64,000 bases of DNA from Myxococcales bacterium (GCA_013360285.1 JABWCM010000005.1:2149-66148), one strand, 5' to 3'. Numbered from the stretch's first letter, positions 1 to 9,804 are shown. Numbers and translations: made by a program. The notes: generated by a model not told the origin, from the sequence alone.

Positions 1-713
1 GCCTTTGCTGCGGCTGCGATCAGCGCCAGCACGGAATTACGCAGGCTTCGACCTTCCCGATCTAGCCACTCACGCACGCGTTCGGTGACGTCGCCGGTTT
101 GCCGACGTGCATCCCGAATTCGTGTCAGCAACTCCGCGGAAAGCAACGGAACCATGGTCTGACGAAGGTTAAGGCCTGCTCGAATCCGTGCGGGCCGGCT
201 CAGTAAGTTCCGCAGAACTTTCCGAACGCCTTTGCCAGGCTGAATCCGGGAACACAAGGATTCAATGAGCGGAATATCCACCCGACGTGTGCGGGCTTTT
301 GGGCTACACACAAGGTCATCCACAGCGGAAACACGCGCTCGTCCACGAATTTCGGCGATTACCAGCGCTTTGCGTAATTCTGCCGGATTGGTTGCCCCAA
401 GTGAGATTGCATATCGAAGTGCGTCCAAATACGGCTCATTCGATCGTGCGCGGCGAATTTCCGTTCGCAGGGTATCCAGTACCGGCTCCATTCGGTGTGG
501 TAAAAGAATGGTTTCCGGCACGTGAGGAACCGAGCCGGACCGAACTCCGCAAATTGTTGCAAGGGCTTCGTCCTCGGTTGCCCACACCCAGTTGTCGAAT
601 GCACGCGAGTCAATCAGTCGAAGACCCCGCAAGAGGGTCAAGTCCGGAGTGGTGCGCGTCGGAGGCCGCGCCTCCTCGGAATCCTGGCGGTCATAGTAAC
701 GTAACGATGTCAT
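1..713 (-). CDS. Hypothetical protein, 3' end outside the window. It is missing from the supplied ORF track.
   Basis: Manual translation of the minus strand from the ATG at 713..711 runs 237 codons to position 1 without a stop (MTSLRYYDRQDSEEARPP...LALIAAAAKA). The frame is Arg/Leu-rich, like other genes here. No family was recognised. Confidence 0.45.
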   Translation of the reverse strand, partial: MTSLRYYDRQDSEEARPPTRTTPDLTLLRGLRLIDSRAFDNWVWATEDEALATICGVRSGSVPHVPETILLPHRMEPVLDTLRTEIRRARSNEPYLDALRYAISLGATNPAELRKALVIAEIRGRARVSAVDDLVCSPKARTRRVDIPLIESLCSRIQPGKGVRKVLRNLLSRPARIRAGLNLRQTMVPLLSAELLTRIRDARRQTGDVTERVREWLDREGRSLRNSVLALIAAAAK

Positions 714-1114
714 TTGCTACCATCCATTTAGTTGTGGTCAACAAGTGCCCACCGTCTGCCAGGGTGGGCGTGTTGCCGATTGGCGTTGGCTCGTTCCAGC
801 GGTACAAATAGGAACATAGGCCGTATGCTTCTTTTGGAATCGCTCTGTGATCAGCGAGAATAAATAAGTTAAACCCGGGTGGGTAACTTAAGCCGTCTTG
901 GGCGTGTTCGTCCTTTCGGCATATACCTGATATTGCCTCAGTCCGTTCCAGCTCGAAGCGCTAAATTACCTTGACCACGCTCATCTTCTTATTGCCGCTA
1001 ATCCTCCCTGAACAAGTCGATTTCAACAATCATCTGCCCGACTGTTTCGAAGCCCATACTCCAATTGACTACGCATCGATGATTCGTCGGACTTTTTGAT
1101 TCCATACATGCCCT

Positions 1115-1273
1115 AAGAGGGTGTTTGGGAAAAAAATAAGCTGCGTGAGCCATTGGCCTACTGCGTCGGTCCTGCCTCGGTCGGCCCATCCTCAGCGTAC
1201 CTTCGGGTACGCCTCCGGTGGGCCTCGGTCGGCAGGCCCGCCTCGTATTTTTTTCACAAACACCCTCTAAACA
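1115..1273. mobile_element. MITE-like element: 25-bp terminal inverted repeats around a structured ~105-bp core
   Basis: Left end AAGAGGGTGTTTGGGAAAAAAATA (1115-1139) and right end TATTTTTTTCACAAACACCCTCTAAACA (1246-1273) are near-perfect reverse complements. The core carries the direct repeat CCTCGGTCGGC twice and a GTACC-UUCG-GGTAC tetraloop hairpin (1197-1210). It is non-coding and sits in the 690-bp gap upstream of the CoA-ligase gene. Confidence 0.5.
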
Positions 1274-1408
1274 TGTAAAATGTTTAGAACTGTGGTTGCT
1301 CAGACGATTTCCTCCGGAACCCCGGCTTTTTCAACAACCTGTTTTGTTTCCTAGAACCAATAGATTTCCGGTGCTTACCGGATGCCCTGTCCACCAAGGA
1401 AAGTCACC

Positions 1409-3016
1409 ATGAACTCCAATTCCACGTTTCCGGACCCCCCCGAGCAACTCAACATTGCGGAGTACTTCCTGGACAGACGTATCGATGAAGGATTGGGTGA
1501 CCATGTTGCTATTTACGGCCACAACGGGCCGTCTTTGACTTATAAGGATGTACAAAACGCTTCGAATCGGCTGGCCAATGTATTTCGCGACCGTGGTCTT
1601 GAAATGGAAAACCGAGTTTTGATCGCACTCCCGGACTGCCACGAATTTGTCATTGCGTGGTTTGCCACCTTGAAATGCGGCGCTGTGTTTACCATGGTCA
1701 ATCCACGAGCCACCGACGCTGACCTGGAATACACCCTTAATTACACCCGAGCGAAGATATTGATTACAAATTACGACATCTTTGTTCGGGTGATGCGCAA
1801 CTTCCACCAAGACAAGCAAACATCGTGCCATCTTCGACATGTGCTTGTGGTGGGAGAACAAGTCTCCGGAGAGCAAAGTTACTCCGACGCAATCCGCCAC
1901 GCCACCCCCTCGTTCACCAATGCGGTTACACATCGAGATGACGTGGCCGGTTGGCTGTTCACTTCGGGCTCCACCGGACACCCCAAAGCGGCGGTGCATT
2001 TGCACCACGACTTTGTATTCAATACCGAGAGATACGCCAAATACGTACTCGGGATCAATCCCCGCGATCGTACATTGAGTGTTCCGCGGCTTTATTTTGG
2101 TTACGCAACCGGAACAAATCTGATGTTTCCGTTTTCGGTAGGTGCTTCCACGGTCTTGTTTGATGCCCACCCAACCGCTGATCTCATGTTTTCGCTCATC
2201 GAGCAGTATCGTCCGACTATTCTGACGGCTGTACCAACCATGATTGCGGCGATGTTGGCGGTTCCTGGGGCAGAAAATTACGATTTGTCGTCGTTGCGTG
2301 CGTGTTTGTCGGCCGGCGAGGCCCTTCCCGAAGAATTGTACCGCCGGTGGATGAACACGTTTGGGGTAGAAATTTTGGACGGTATTGGCTCCGCGGAAAT
2401 GTTTCATATCTACATTACGAATTACCCGGGACAATCGATACCTGGTTCGGTTGGAAAAATCGTGCCCGGTTACAAAACGCGAATTGTGGGTCCGGATGGG
2501 CAAGACGTGGAGCCGGGCATGATTGGCACACTTTGGGTGAATGGTGACAGCGCAGCGGTATGTTACTGGCACGATCATGAGCGTTCAAAGCAGTGTTTGC
2601 GAGGTGATTGGGTTGTTACAAGTGATCAATTTCAACTGGATAACGACGGAAATTACCGTTATTGCGGCAGATTGGATGATATGCTCAAGGTTGGCGGCAT
2701 ATTTGTATCTCCGGTGGAAATTGAAAACTGTCTCCACGAACATGTAGCGGTCGCGGAATGCGCCGTTGTCGGTTACAGCGAGGCAGGGCTTACCAAGCCG
2801 ATGGCTGTTGTGGTCGTCCGTGATGGCGTTACACCGGGCAGCGAACTGGCGGAACAGCTTCAGGCATTTGTTCGTTCGAGGTTGGCACCGTACAAGTATC
2901 CGCGCAAGGTTTTGTTTGTGGCGTCTCTTCCCAAAAATGATCGAGGTAAATTGGACCGAAAAACTCTTTCTTCGATAGCGAATTCTCTTGATTTAAGTTA
3001 CCAAATTCATGGTTAA
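1409..3016 (+). CDS. Benzoate-CoA ligase family AMP-dependent synthetase (aromatic acid-CoA ligase)
   Basis: AMP-binding motif FTSGSTGHPKAAVH. The gate and linker motifs YGxTE-like (GIGSAEM) and LAPYKYPRKVLFVASLPKNDRGKLDRK match the C-terminal end of BadA/BclA-type ligases. AGGAAAG lies 6 nt upstream of the ATG at 1409. Confidence 0.85.
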   Translation: MNSNSTFPDPPEQLNIAEYFLDRRIDEGLGDHVAIYGHNGPSLTYKDVQNASNRLANVFRDRGLEMENRVLIALPDCHEFVIAWFATLKCGAVFTMVNPRATDADLEYTLNYTRAKILITNYDIFVRVMRNFHQDKQTSCHLRHVLVVGEQVSGEQSYSDAIRHATPSFTNAVTHRDDVAGWLFTSGSTGHPKAAVHLHHDFVFNTERYAKYVLGINPRDRTLSVPRLYFGYATGTNLMFPFSVGASTVLFDAHPTADLMFSLIEQYRPTILTAVPTMIAAMLAVPGAENYDLSSLRACLSAGEALPEELYRRWMNTFGVEILDGIGSAEMFHIYITNYPGQSIPGSVGKIVPGYKTRIVGPDGQDVEPGMIGTLWVNGDSAAVCYWHDHERSKQCLRGDWVVTSDQFQLDNDGNYRYCGRLDDMLKVGGIFVSPVEIENCLHEHVAVAECAVVGYSEAGLTKPMAVVVVRDGVTPGSELAEQLQAFVRSRLAPYKYPRKVLFVASLPKNDRGKLDRKTLSSIANSLDLSYQIHG

Positions 3017-3093
3017 ATTGGCAGTTGATGCGGCTGGTGTTTCTGACGTAGTGTCGGAAAGGGATCAATAGAGAACAATTCGAGAGGCGGCAA

Positions 3094-3879
3094 ATGACTT
3101 CCGGCCAGATACATCGCCTTGAGCGCATTTCTTATACGGATTTGATTCCACTGATAGCATTACGTCCGATCGTCTTACTGCCATGGGGCAGTGCTGAGGC
3201 GCATGGACCCCATTTGCCGCTGGGTACCGATGGGATCATCAGCCGAGAGGTAACGCGCCGCGCGGCGGTCCGTCTGGCCAATGAAGATGGGTGTTGCGTG
3301 ATCATTGCGCCGTCTGTGGATTACGGCGTTACGAACTTTGGTGCGGCGTTTCCCGGAACGTTGTCGGTTTCGGATTCTACTGTTTCGAGTCTTGTTGATG
3401 AGATCTGTCGTTCTCTGGGGAAGCATGGCCTTTCTCGGACCTGTATTGTCAACAATCACCTTGAACCAGCACATATTGCTGCGCTGAAGCTTGGGGCGTC
3501 CCGAGCGGCGGCTTCGGGCTGTGTTGTTTGGGTGCCGGATAATACCGAACGACGTTGGGCGACAACGTTGGGCGACGAATTTCGTTCCGGTGCGTGCCAC
3601 GCGGGTCGATATGAAACGTCGTTGGTGTTGGCTGCCGAGCCGCATACGGACGTACTGACCAGGGCGGCCCGCCTGTCACCTAATCCAGCAAGTTTGTCAC
3701 GTGCCATTCGGCTGGGGGCGAGAACTTTTGAGGAAGCTCAGGGCCCCGATGCTTACTTTGGGTGGCCCGCTGATGCGACGGTGGAAGAAGGTGACGCGCT
3801 GTACTCGGCCCTCGTGGAAATGGTTGTTCAGACAATTCGAGAATCAGGGATATCCACCCCGGATTTCTCACGAGTTTAG
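3094..3879 (+). CDS. Creatininase (creatinine amidohydrolase) family protein
   Basis: Family signature LLPWGSAEAHGPHLPLGTDGII near the N-terminus, with His/Glu metal ligands later in the protein. Confidence 0.75.
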   Translation: MTSGQIHRLERISYTDLIPLIALRPIVLLPWGSAEAHGPHLPLGTDGIISREVTRRAAVRLANEDGCCVIIAPSVDYGVTNFGAAFPGTLSVSDSTVSSLVDEICRSLGKHGLSRTCIVNNHLEPAHIAALKLGASRAAASGCVVWVPDNTERRWATTLGDEFRSGACHAGRYETSLVLAAEPHTDVLTRAARLSPNPASLSRAIRLGARTFEEAQGPDAYFGWPADATVEEGDALYSALVEMVVQTIRESGISTPDFSRV

Positions 3880-4068
3880 GATCGCTCTTCCCGTTTGCAA
3901 ACTTGTCGGACCGAAATAAACGTGTTTTGTCGTTAACGTAGTGAGATCTATTGTTGGACAAACAGCATCCACTACACACGAATTTGCTGATGTCTCGCTC
4001 AGTTCGCCTAAAGTCACATAAGAAATGTGGGCTCAGGGCGTTGTTGCGCACCATGGACCTTTTGGGCA

Positions 4069-4710
4069 ATGGAGAATATTTCGATTCGCAGACTGATTAT
4101 TGGGCCATTTGTGGCGGTTTTAGTTGTTTTGACGTCGTCTTTCTGCTCGGCAGACGATGGCAGTATGTTTTTTCAGGTCCACGCGGGTGGAGGGCACTAT
4201 TTCGTTGCCGATGACGTTTCGTTGGATGGCGTTGATGGTGGGGTTGGTGATCGTTCATCTTGGTCTGGTTTTGGGCTTCCGGATATTGGGCTGAATCTCG
4301 GCTCAAATTTGGGAGATTTTCTGGCATTGGAAATTATCTGGGACAATCGCCATCGGATTGCGCAGAATTCAGACATTTATCGGTCTGATATGGGTCTTTC
4401 CTTTGGATTTCGATCTTATCCGCTTGGTCTCGGACCCATTGCGTCATTTGTTGGCATGGGAGCAGGATTGTCCGTTCGCAATATTCAGCCAGGCGAACCC
4501 TGTATTGTTGCCTGTGATAGCCGATCTCAAATTGTAGACGAACTTGTAAGACCCATGCTCGCGGTCGGTATGGGTGTCGAGTGGTACCCGTTCGGGGACG
4601 CGGTGCATTGGCTGGCGCGGTGGGATTGGCGATGGTCGATAGAGACAGCGGGTGGAGAAAACGATCTTTGGATGAGCGTATCTATTGGTTTGGGGGTTCG
4701 GTTACACTAA
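4069..4710 (+). CDS. Hypothetical secreted/outer-membrane protein
   Basis: Signal peptide MENISIRRLIIGPFVAVLVVLTSSFCSA. Alternating Gly/aromatic-rich segments and a C-terminal ...GLGVRLH end are compatible with a small beta-barrel. No family assignment. Confidence 0.45.
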   Translation: MENISIRRLIIGPFVAVLVVLTSSFCSADDGSMFFQVHAGGGHYFVADDVSLDGVDGGVGDRSSWSGFGLPDIGLNLGSNLGDFLALEIIWDNRHRIAQNSDIYRSDMGLSFGFRSYPLGLGPIASFVGMGAGLSVRNIQPGEPCIVACDSRSQIVDELVRPMLAVGMGVEWYPFGDAVHWLARWDWRWSIETAGGENDLWMSVSIGLGVRLH

Positions 4711-4775
4711 ACGCCGAGGACATTGACTGATTTATTTAGAAATTTTGACTTGCTGGGCTCATTTTCAAAAAACGC

Positions 4776-4804
4776 TTGACCGCGTTATCGTTCTCCCGTA
4801 CAGT
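4776..4804 (+). promoter_or_regulatory. Sigma70-like promoter for tRNA-fMet
   Basis: TTGACC (4776-4781), a 17-nt spacer, then TACAGT (4799-4804), about 40 nt upstream of the tRNA 5' end. Confidence 0.45.
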
Positions 4805-4845
4805 GCGGCTCCCATGTCGATGAATGCAATGCAAAATCGACAGTA

Positions 4846-4922
<77 letters not shown>

Positions 4923-4928
4923 AATAAA

Positions 4929-4963
4929 CGGCTCTGAGACACAACTCAGGGCCGTTTTTTTTT
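4929..4963 (+). terminator. Rho-independent terminator after the tRNA
   Basis: GGCTCTGAG-ACACAACT-CTCAGGGCC hairpin followed by T9. Confidence 0.7.
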
Positions 4964-4994
4964 GTTGTGAGAAAGTCTACGGACGCGGGGTGGC

Positions 4995-5140
4995 TGGTGT
5001 TTGTAGATGAATTCCAGGCCCGGGCGGCCTTTGGCTGTCTCGCCCGTAAAAATCCCTGCGCCATATTCCCGATATGATTCAGGATTTTTTCTGACGAGAT
5101 CGATCCTCGAATTCCAACGCTGGTCAGAAGTGTGTGTTAA
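4995..5140. repeat. Partial copy of a ~160-bp MITE-like element (second copy at 19116-19278)
   Basis: A ~110-bp core is shared with the 19.1-kb copy: GGTGTTTGTAGATGAA...GGCGGCCTTTGGCTGTCTCGCCCGTAAAAATCCCTGCGCCATATTCCCGATAT.ATTCAGGATTTTTTCTGACGA. It includes the AAAAATCCCTG...CAGGATTTTT stem. It sits immediately 3' of the tRNA-fMet terminator. Confidence 0.6.
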
Positions 5141-5163
5141 GTTAACGATTTCGGTTGATCCGA

Positions 5164-5829
5164 TCAGTCGCCATCTGCAACACGAAGGGTGCTTAACAAC
5201 GTCTGAATCTGGTTTTCAACACGGTTTACGTTTAGCACCGTATCAATCACGATAGCACGTTGCTCACGTTCCGGGACCAATACGAGGCGCCCTGATCTGC
5301 AGAGTAGATATTCCAATACGTCGTGAATTTCTTTGGACATCCGCATGCCGGGTGCGGGCCAGCGTTCGACATCACCTAAAAACCCGTGGTGGTGAAGTAA
5401 TTCGTTGTTTTTGATTTCCCAATAGTCAAATCGTGACTTCAGAAATACCAAAAAAATCAACATAAAGATAAGAACCGCCCAAACCCAATAAAAGGTCGCG
5501 TTCATGAAGACAGGTTGGTCCATCACGGCTCGAATCGTATCACCGATTCCCGGGTATATTGTGGACAAAAGTCCTAAGATGACCGCGACAAGAACGATCA
5601 AAATGCTCGCAAGTCGACCAAAGTCAAAGGCGATAATGGACAGGTTCACAAACAAGACGAGGCTGAATACCAAACCGCTTGCGCCAGGAGTTTCCGGTGT
5701 CGCTCCGGTGGCGGTAACCCATATTCCGCAAAGGATTGCTGCGAGTAATGATGGATAAAGGAACACGATAGGCGAATAGGACCGAATGACGACTCGGCCC
5801 GGAGGTGGGGATTTGGTGTTCATATTCAT
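5164..5829 (-). CDS. Membrane protein with bacterial PH-like (YdbT/bPH_2-type) C-terminal domain
   Basis: Two to three TM helices (FSLVLFVNLSIIAF..., ATFYWVWAVLIFMLIFLVFL) are followed by a soluble ~90-aa domain (FDYWEIKNNELLHHHGFLGDVERW...). The start is placed at MNMNTKS (5829), because the longer ORF overlaps the divergent gene. Confidence 0.45.
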   Translation of the reverse strand: MNMNTKSPPPGRVVIRSYSPIVFLYPSLLAAILCGIWVTATGATPETPGASGLVFSLVLFVNLSIIAFDFGRLASILIVLVAVILGLLSTIYPGIGDTIRAVMDQPVFMNATFYWVWAVLIFMLIFLVFLKSRFDYWEIKNNELLHHHGFLGDVERWPAPGMRMSKEIHDVLEYLLCRSGRLVLVPEREQRAIVIDTVLNVNRVENQIQTLLSTLRVADGD

Positions 5830-5964
5830 TCTGGCCTCGATTCGGCGGGAAAAAAGGTCCGAAACAACGTAAGAGTGTTGAGTCGGACGTTGCGATTCGG
5901 TGTTATCTTTAGGTATCGGGATGAGTTTGGCAAGTTGGGTGTCGGCAGAATCAGAGGTACAGCG

Positions 5965-8520
5965 ATGCCGATGTTTTGGAGACCACGGGCAAAGGAGGGT
6001 GTTTTGAAAAAAAAAAGGTGGATTGTCTGGACTGCCGTCGTCGCTCTCGGATTTACGCTGGGTGCCGGTACAGCCCTGTCGATTCATTTCTACGTAGATC
6101 ACACACTCAAGAACAAACTGGCCGAAATTGCTCACCGGTTTGGGGCAACGGTGATTGTTGACGGTGTTTCCTTTGGCTACAACGGTCAAATATCAATTCG
6201 GAAACTCGCCTTGTCGTGGCCGAGGGAAGTTGGACTAGAACTCACTCTGAATCGGTTGACTACGCGTATTCATATTGGTGCGCTATTGATGAATATGCAG
6301 CGATTTGATCCGGTAGTAATTGAATCATGTGATGTTTTTGCCCATAACATTCCAAATAACATCGACAGCTTTGTAAAAGATATGAAATTGCGAGTGGCGG
6401 CGCTTCAGGAATTTCGGAGTGTGGACAACCCGTCATCCCCCGACGGTGGGAGGCTGTCCACCACAAGTTTGGAAATCAACATTCGGTCCGGTTCTGTGAC
6501 AGCTTTACGGTCCGACCAGCCCGCAGATAAGATAGTTGATTCGTTGGTTTTTTCTATCGCACGTCATGAAAGTGGCGTCTGGGTCGGTGACGGAACAGTT
6601 GGGGTGAGTCGACGCCCGTCAACGTTGCGCCTAGTCGGTCAGACAGGGCCGGAAGCATTGGTAGAAATACGCAGCAGCAGCCCGTGGGCTCTGTTCGACG
6701 GTGCCGTGTCCTTTACGGGAGTTCGAGCCGAGAAATCCGGACGTATTTCGGTGTTTGATGTGTTGTTTGATTATGCCGTTGCAGGGATGGGACGGGGAAA
6801 CGGTGCGGCGGCGGAAGTAACAGCACAGATTGAGTTTTCACCAGATAAGAAGCCATCGGTAAGTCACATAACAGTTTCCGGTGGTCATTTTGCATTCGTA
6901 TCCGAATATTCGGTGGACGAAATACTAAACCAGTTGCGGCGTCAGTCCGGCCACTCCGGACAGCATTCGGCATTGCCGGTTCTTGCACCCTTGTCCCCCG
7001 ATTCCATTGGGCAGTTGCCTGTCGACTTGGCGCCGGAGTTTGTGGCTTCAGTGAAAGACAGTCACGTTCTACTCACCGATCCAAATCGTTTGTCTGCAAC
7101 CATAAACGTCCACGAGGGGTACGGCACCCGGAACCCAAAAGGGTTGTCAGTGGATGGACACACAGCGGTACATGTCGACGGTTTTCCAGAATTTTCTGGT
7201 CATTTTGGCTTAAAATGGGATGCCAAAGAGCAATTACTCACACAGATTTCGGCGGATATTGACAATGTGTCGATTCCGTCGCTTTTTCGACGGCTGAAAT
7301 TGCCGGCGTGGTCTGCAATTGCTGGAAGTGGTCGTCTGCAGGTGAAGTGGAGTCGTCCACCGTCGTCACGGGCTTTTTTTCCGTCTCATCGGGACGGAGG
7401 ATGGCAAGTTGTTGTTTCTGCTCGAGATTGGGTTATTCTGCACCCAAAAATCTCGCCCCTACCGGTGGTGGTGGATGGATGGCAGGCGACCCTTACCGGA
7501 TCCGTACCGCCTGCCGGAACAAAAGGGATGGTTCAATTTGTTTTTCGTCACGTCGGCGGCGCCCAAGCGTTGGTCGATGTCGTAGTGGACCGTCAATATA
7601 GCCCGCCACGATTGGACGTTTTGTTGCATGTTCCGGAGCAAGACTGTTCAACGCTTGTCGCTGCGATTCCCGCTGGGTTGTTACCTACAATTGGTTCAAA
7701 GTTAGTTGTTACCGGTCGATTTGAGGGTGACCTGAACCTGTTCGAATTTGATTTCGCATATTTTCCAAGGTTGCGGCTCGAATCGAAGGGAACACTTACA
7801 TCATGCAAAATTGAATCGTTGGGTGCGCTTCACGATGAACGTGTTGAGCTGCTGTCCGGGAAGTTCAAGATAGAGGTGGACGAAGGCGATGGTCCCATCG
7901 GAGTTTTTGTCGGTCCGCGTACTCCCGGCTACATGGCGTTTGCGGATATTCCTGAATTGGTACGATCCGGAGCCATCCTAAGTGAAGATGGTGAGTTTTT
8001 TCTGCACGAAGGGATCAGTCTCAAGCTTATTGAAGGCGCGCTGCGACTTGATCTTGCGAAGGGCCGATACGTATACGGAGGCAGCACGATCACGCAACAG
8101 TTGGTAAAAAATTTGTTTGTGGGGCGAAGCAAGAGTTTGGCTAGAAAACTCGAAGAATTGTTTATCGTTCGTAAGTTAGAGCAGACCTTACGTAAAGAAC
8201 GGATACTTGAGTTGTATCTCAACTGCATTGAGTATGGCGTTCACTTGTATGGCATTCGAAATGCGAGTTACCACTACTTCGGAAAAGAACCTCGGGACCT
8301 AACGGGCGTAGAAGTTGCGTTTCTGATGCACCTGAAGACAACACCGAAGGAGGCATGGTACCTTGCAAAGCAGGGAGCGTTGCCGGATAGGTGGAGAAAT
8401 GCGGTGCGTACAAGGATGAGAAAGATGGTGGAACGTGGCAGAATTACGCAAGAGGAATTTGATGCCAGTGCGCCTTATGATCCGATCGCGATGAAGAATG
8501 GCGCTTTGACTTCACAATAA
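5965..8520 (+). CDS. Large membrane-anchored protein with C-terminal GT51 peptidoglycan glycosyltransferase (transglycosylase) domain
   Basis: N-terminal TM helix (WIVWTAVVALGFTLGAG). The last ~200 aa carry the GT51 motifs EDGEFFLHEGISLKLI, GGSTITQQLVKN and RKLEELFIVRKLEQTLRKERILELYLN. The preceding ~650 aa is unassigned. Confidence 0.8.
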   Translation: MPMFWRPRAKEGVLKKKRWIVWTAVVALGFTLGAGTALSIHFYVDHTLKNKLAEIAHRFGATVIVDGVSFGYNGQISIRKLALSWPREVGLELTLNRLTTRIHIGALLMNMQRFDPVVIESCDVFAHNIPNNIDSFVKDMKLRVAALQEFRSVDNPSSPDGGRLSTTSLEINIRSGSVTALRSDQPADKIVDSLVFSIARHESGVWVGDGTVGVSRRPSTLRLVGQTGPEALVEIRSSSPWALFDGAVSFTGVRAEKSGRISVFDVLFDYAVAGMGRGNGAAAEVTAQIEFSPDKKPSVSHITVSGGHFAFVSEYSVDEILNQLRRQSGHSGQHSALPVLAPLSPDSIGQLPVDLAPEFVASVKDSHVLLTDPNRLSATINVHEGYGTRNPKGLSVDGHTAVHVDGFPEFSGHFGLKWDAKEQLLTQISADIDNVSIPSLFRRLKLPAWSAIAGSGRLQVKWSRPPSSRAFFPSHRDGGWQVVVSARDWVILHPKISPLPVVVDGWQATLTGSVPPAGTKGMVQFVFRHVGGAQALVDVVVDRQYSPPRLDVLLHVPEQDCSTLVAAIPAGLLPTIGSKLVVTGRFEGDLNLFEFDFAYFPRLRLESKGTLTSCKIESLGALHDERVELLSGKFKIEVDEGDGPIGVFVGPRTPGYMAFADIPELVRSGAILSEDGEFFLHEGISLKLIEGALRLDLAKGRYVYGGSTITQQLVKNLFVGRSKSLARKLEELFIVRKLEQTLRKERILELYLNCIEYGVHLYGIRNASYHYFGKEPRDLTGVEVAFLMHLKTTPKEAWYLAKQGALPDRWRNAVRTRMRKMVERGRITQEEFDASAPYDPIAMKNGALTSQ

Positions 8521-8575
8521 TGTGTGCTGCCGAGGGTGGTCACAGTGTTGCGGTTTGACTGGCTGAAGGTGGACT

Positions 8576-9343
8576 ATGAGCAGAGTGATATGGGTGGTTG
8601 GTGCAGGTCGGGGAATTGGGCGAGTAGTTGCTGAAACCTTCGCGAATGCCGGTGACAAAGTTGCTCTGGCGTCTCGAACACTGTCCGAGGTGTCGGAAGT
8701 TGCGGCAACCATACGTGCGGCCGGTGGCCAGGCAGAAGCATTTTGCTGTGACGTGGGTAGAACAGAGAGTGTTGAGCAATGCATCGTTGCCGTTCGCGAA
8801 CGATTTGGAGACCCGGACGTTCTGGTTAACAGTGCCGGCATCGCCGAGTCGGCGCCCATTACACGAATGCCGATGGAACTGTGGATGAGGACGCTGGAAA
8901 CCAACCTGACCGGAGCGTTTCGGCTCACTCAGGCTTGTTTGCCGGCAATGGTCGCTAAGAAATGGGGACGGGTGATTCACATTGGCTCCATTGCCAGTAA
9001 GGCTGGAATGAAATACGTAAGCGCCTACTGTGCCTCCAAACACGGGCTTCTTGGATTTGTGCGGGCCGTGGCGCTGGAAGTTGCCGATCGCGGAATTACC
9101 ATCAACGCCATTTGTCCTGCTTATGTTAACAGTCCTATGACCGACGGCAATGTAGAACGTATTTCGCAGGCTACCGGCAGAAGTCCGGAAGATATTTTGG
9201 AACATATGCGCGCAGTGAGCCCGCAGCATCGATTAATCGATTCCGATGAAGTTGCGCAGATGTCCCTGTATCTCGCTTCGGATGCGGCGCGAGGCATCAA
9301 CGGGCAGGGAATCAACATTTGTGGTGGGGCGGTGATGTCATGA
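8576..9343 (+). CDS. SDR family oxidoreductase (3-oxoacyl-ACP reductase-like)
   Basis: Rossmann motif VVGAGRGIGRVVA, the NSAG motif and the catalytic YxxxK (YCASKHG). Confidence 0.85.
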   Translation: MSRVIWVVGAGRGIGRVVAETFANAGDKVALASRTLSEVSEVAATIRAAGGQAEAFCCDVGRTESVEQCIVAVRERFGDPDVLVNSAGIAESAPITRMPMELWMRTLETNLTGAFRLTQACLPAMVAKKWGRVIHIGSIASKAGMKYVSAYCASKHGLLGFVRAVALEVADRGITINAICPAYVNSPMTDGNVERISQATGRSPEDILEHMRAVSPQHRLIDSDEVAQMSLYLASDAARGINGQGINICGGAVMS

Positions 9344-9804
9344 GCCAACTCGATACGGCTCCTATTTTTCCTCTTCACCCCGACGGGTGGCCAAAAGCGC
9401 GTGGGTATACGAACGGCTTTCGTGTCCAATCCGGGTGCGACCTGATTTGCGTCGCTGGACAAATCGGTTGGGATACTGACGGGAAATTCCCCGGTGATGG
9501 AGACGTGGTCGCTCAGTTTAGCCAAGCGCTCGATAACTTTCTTGCTGTTGTTGCAGCCGGGGGCGGCAAACCAACAGATGTTGTGTCCATGACGATCTAC
9601 GTAACCGACATGGACCAGTACATTCGTGGTCGTTCGGAACTGGGTCGAATTTGGCAGCAGCGTTTTGGGCGCCATTATCCCGCCATGGCACTGGTTGGGG
9701 TTTCTGCGTTGGTTGAGAAATTGGCGTTGGTGGAAATACAAGGACTTGCGGCCATTTCGGCCAGTGATGTGACCGCAGAGTCCCATAATGGATGCGAAAG
9801 ATGA
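9340..9804 (+). CDS. RidA/YjgF family protein
   Basis: RidA fold motifs in the GWDTDG.../...TDVVSMTIYVTDMDQY.../...PAMALVGVSAL region. The ATG overlaps the SDR stop (ATGTCATGA). Confidence 0.75.
   Translation: MSQLDTAPIFPLHPDGWPKARGYTNGFRVQSGCDLICVAGQIGWDTDGKFPGDGDVVAQFSQALDNFLAVVAAGGGKPTDVVSMTIYVTDMDQYIRGRSELGRIWQQRFGRHYPAMALVGVSALVEKLALVEIQGLAAISASDVTAESHNGCER

Noticed and set aside
287-811. Plus-strand ORF of 174 aa and nested 265-525 and 522-704 ORFs
   Set aside because: A continuous stop-free reading frame of 237 codons exists on the opposite strand from the ATG at 713. The plus-strand ORFs are most likely shadow frames.
1331-2578. 415-aa minus-strand ORF
   Set aside because: It is antisense to the well-supported benzoate-CoA-ligase-family gene. 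It is a GC-rich shadow ORF with no motifs.
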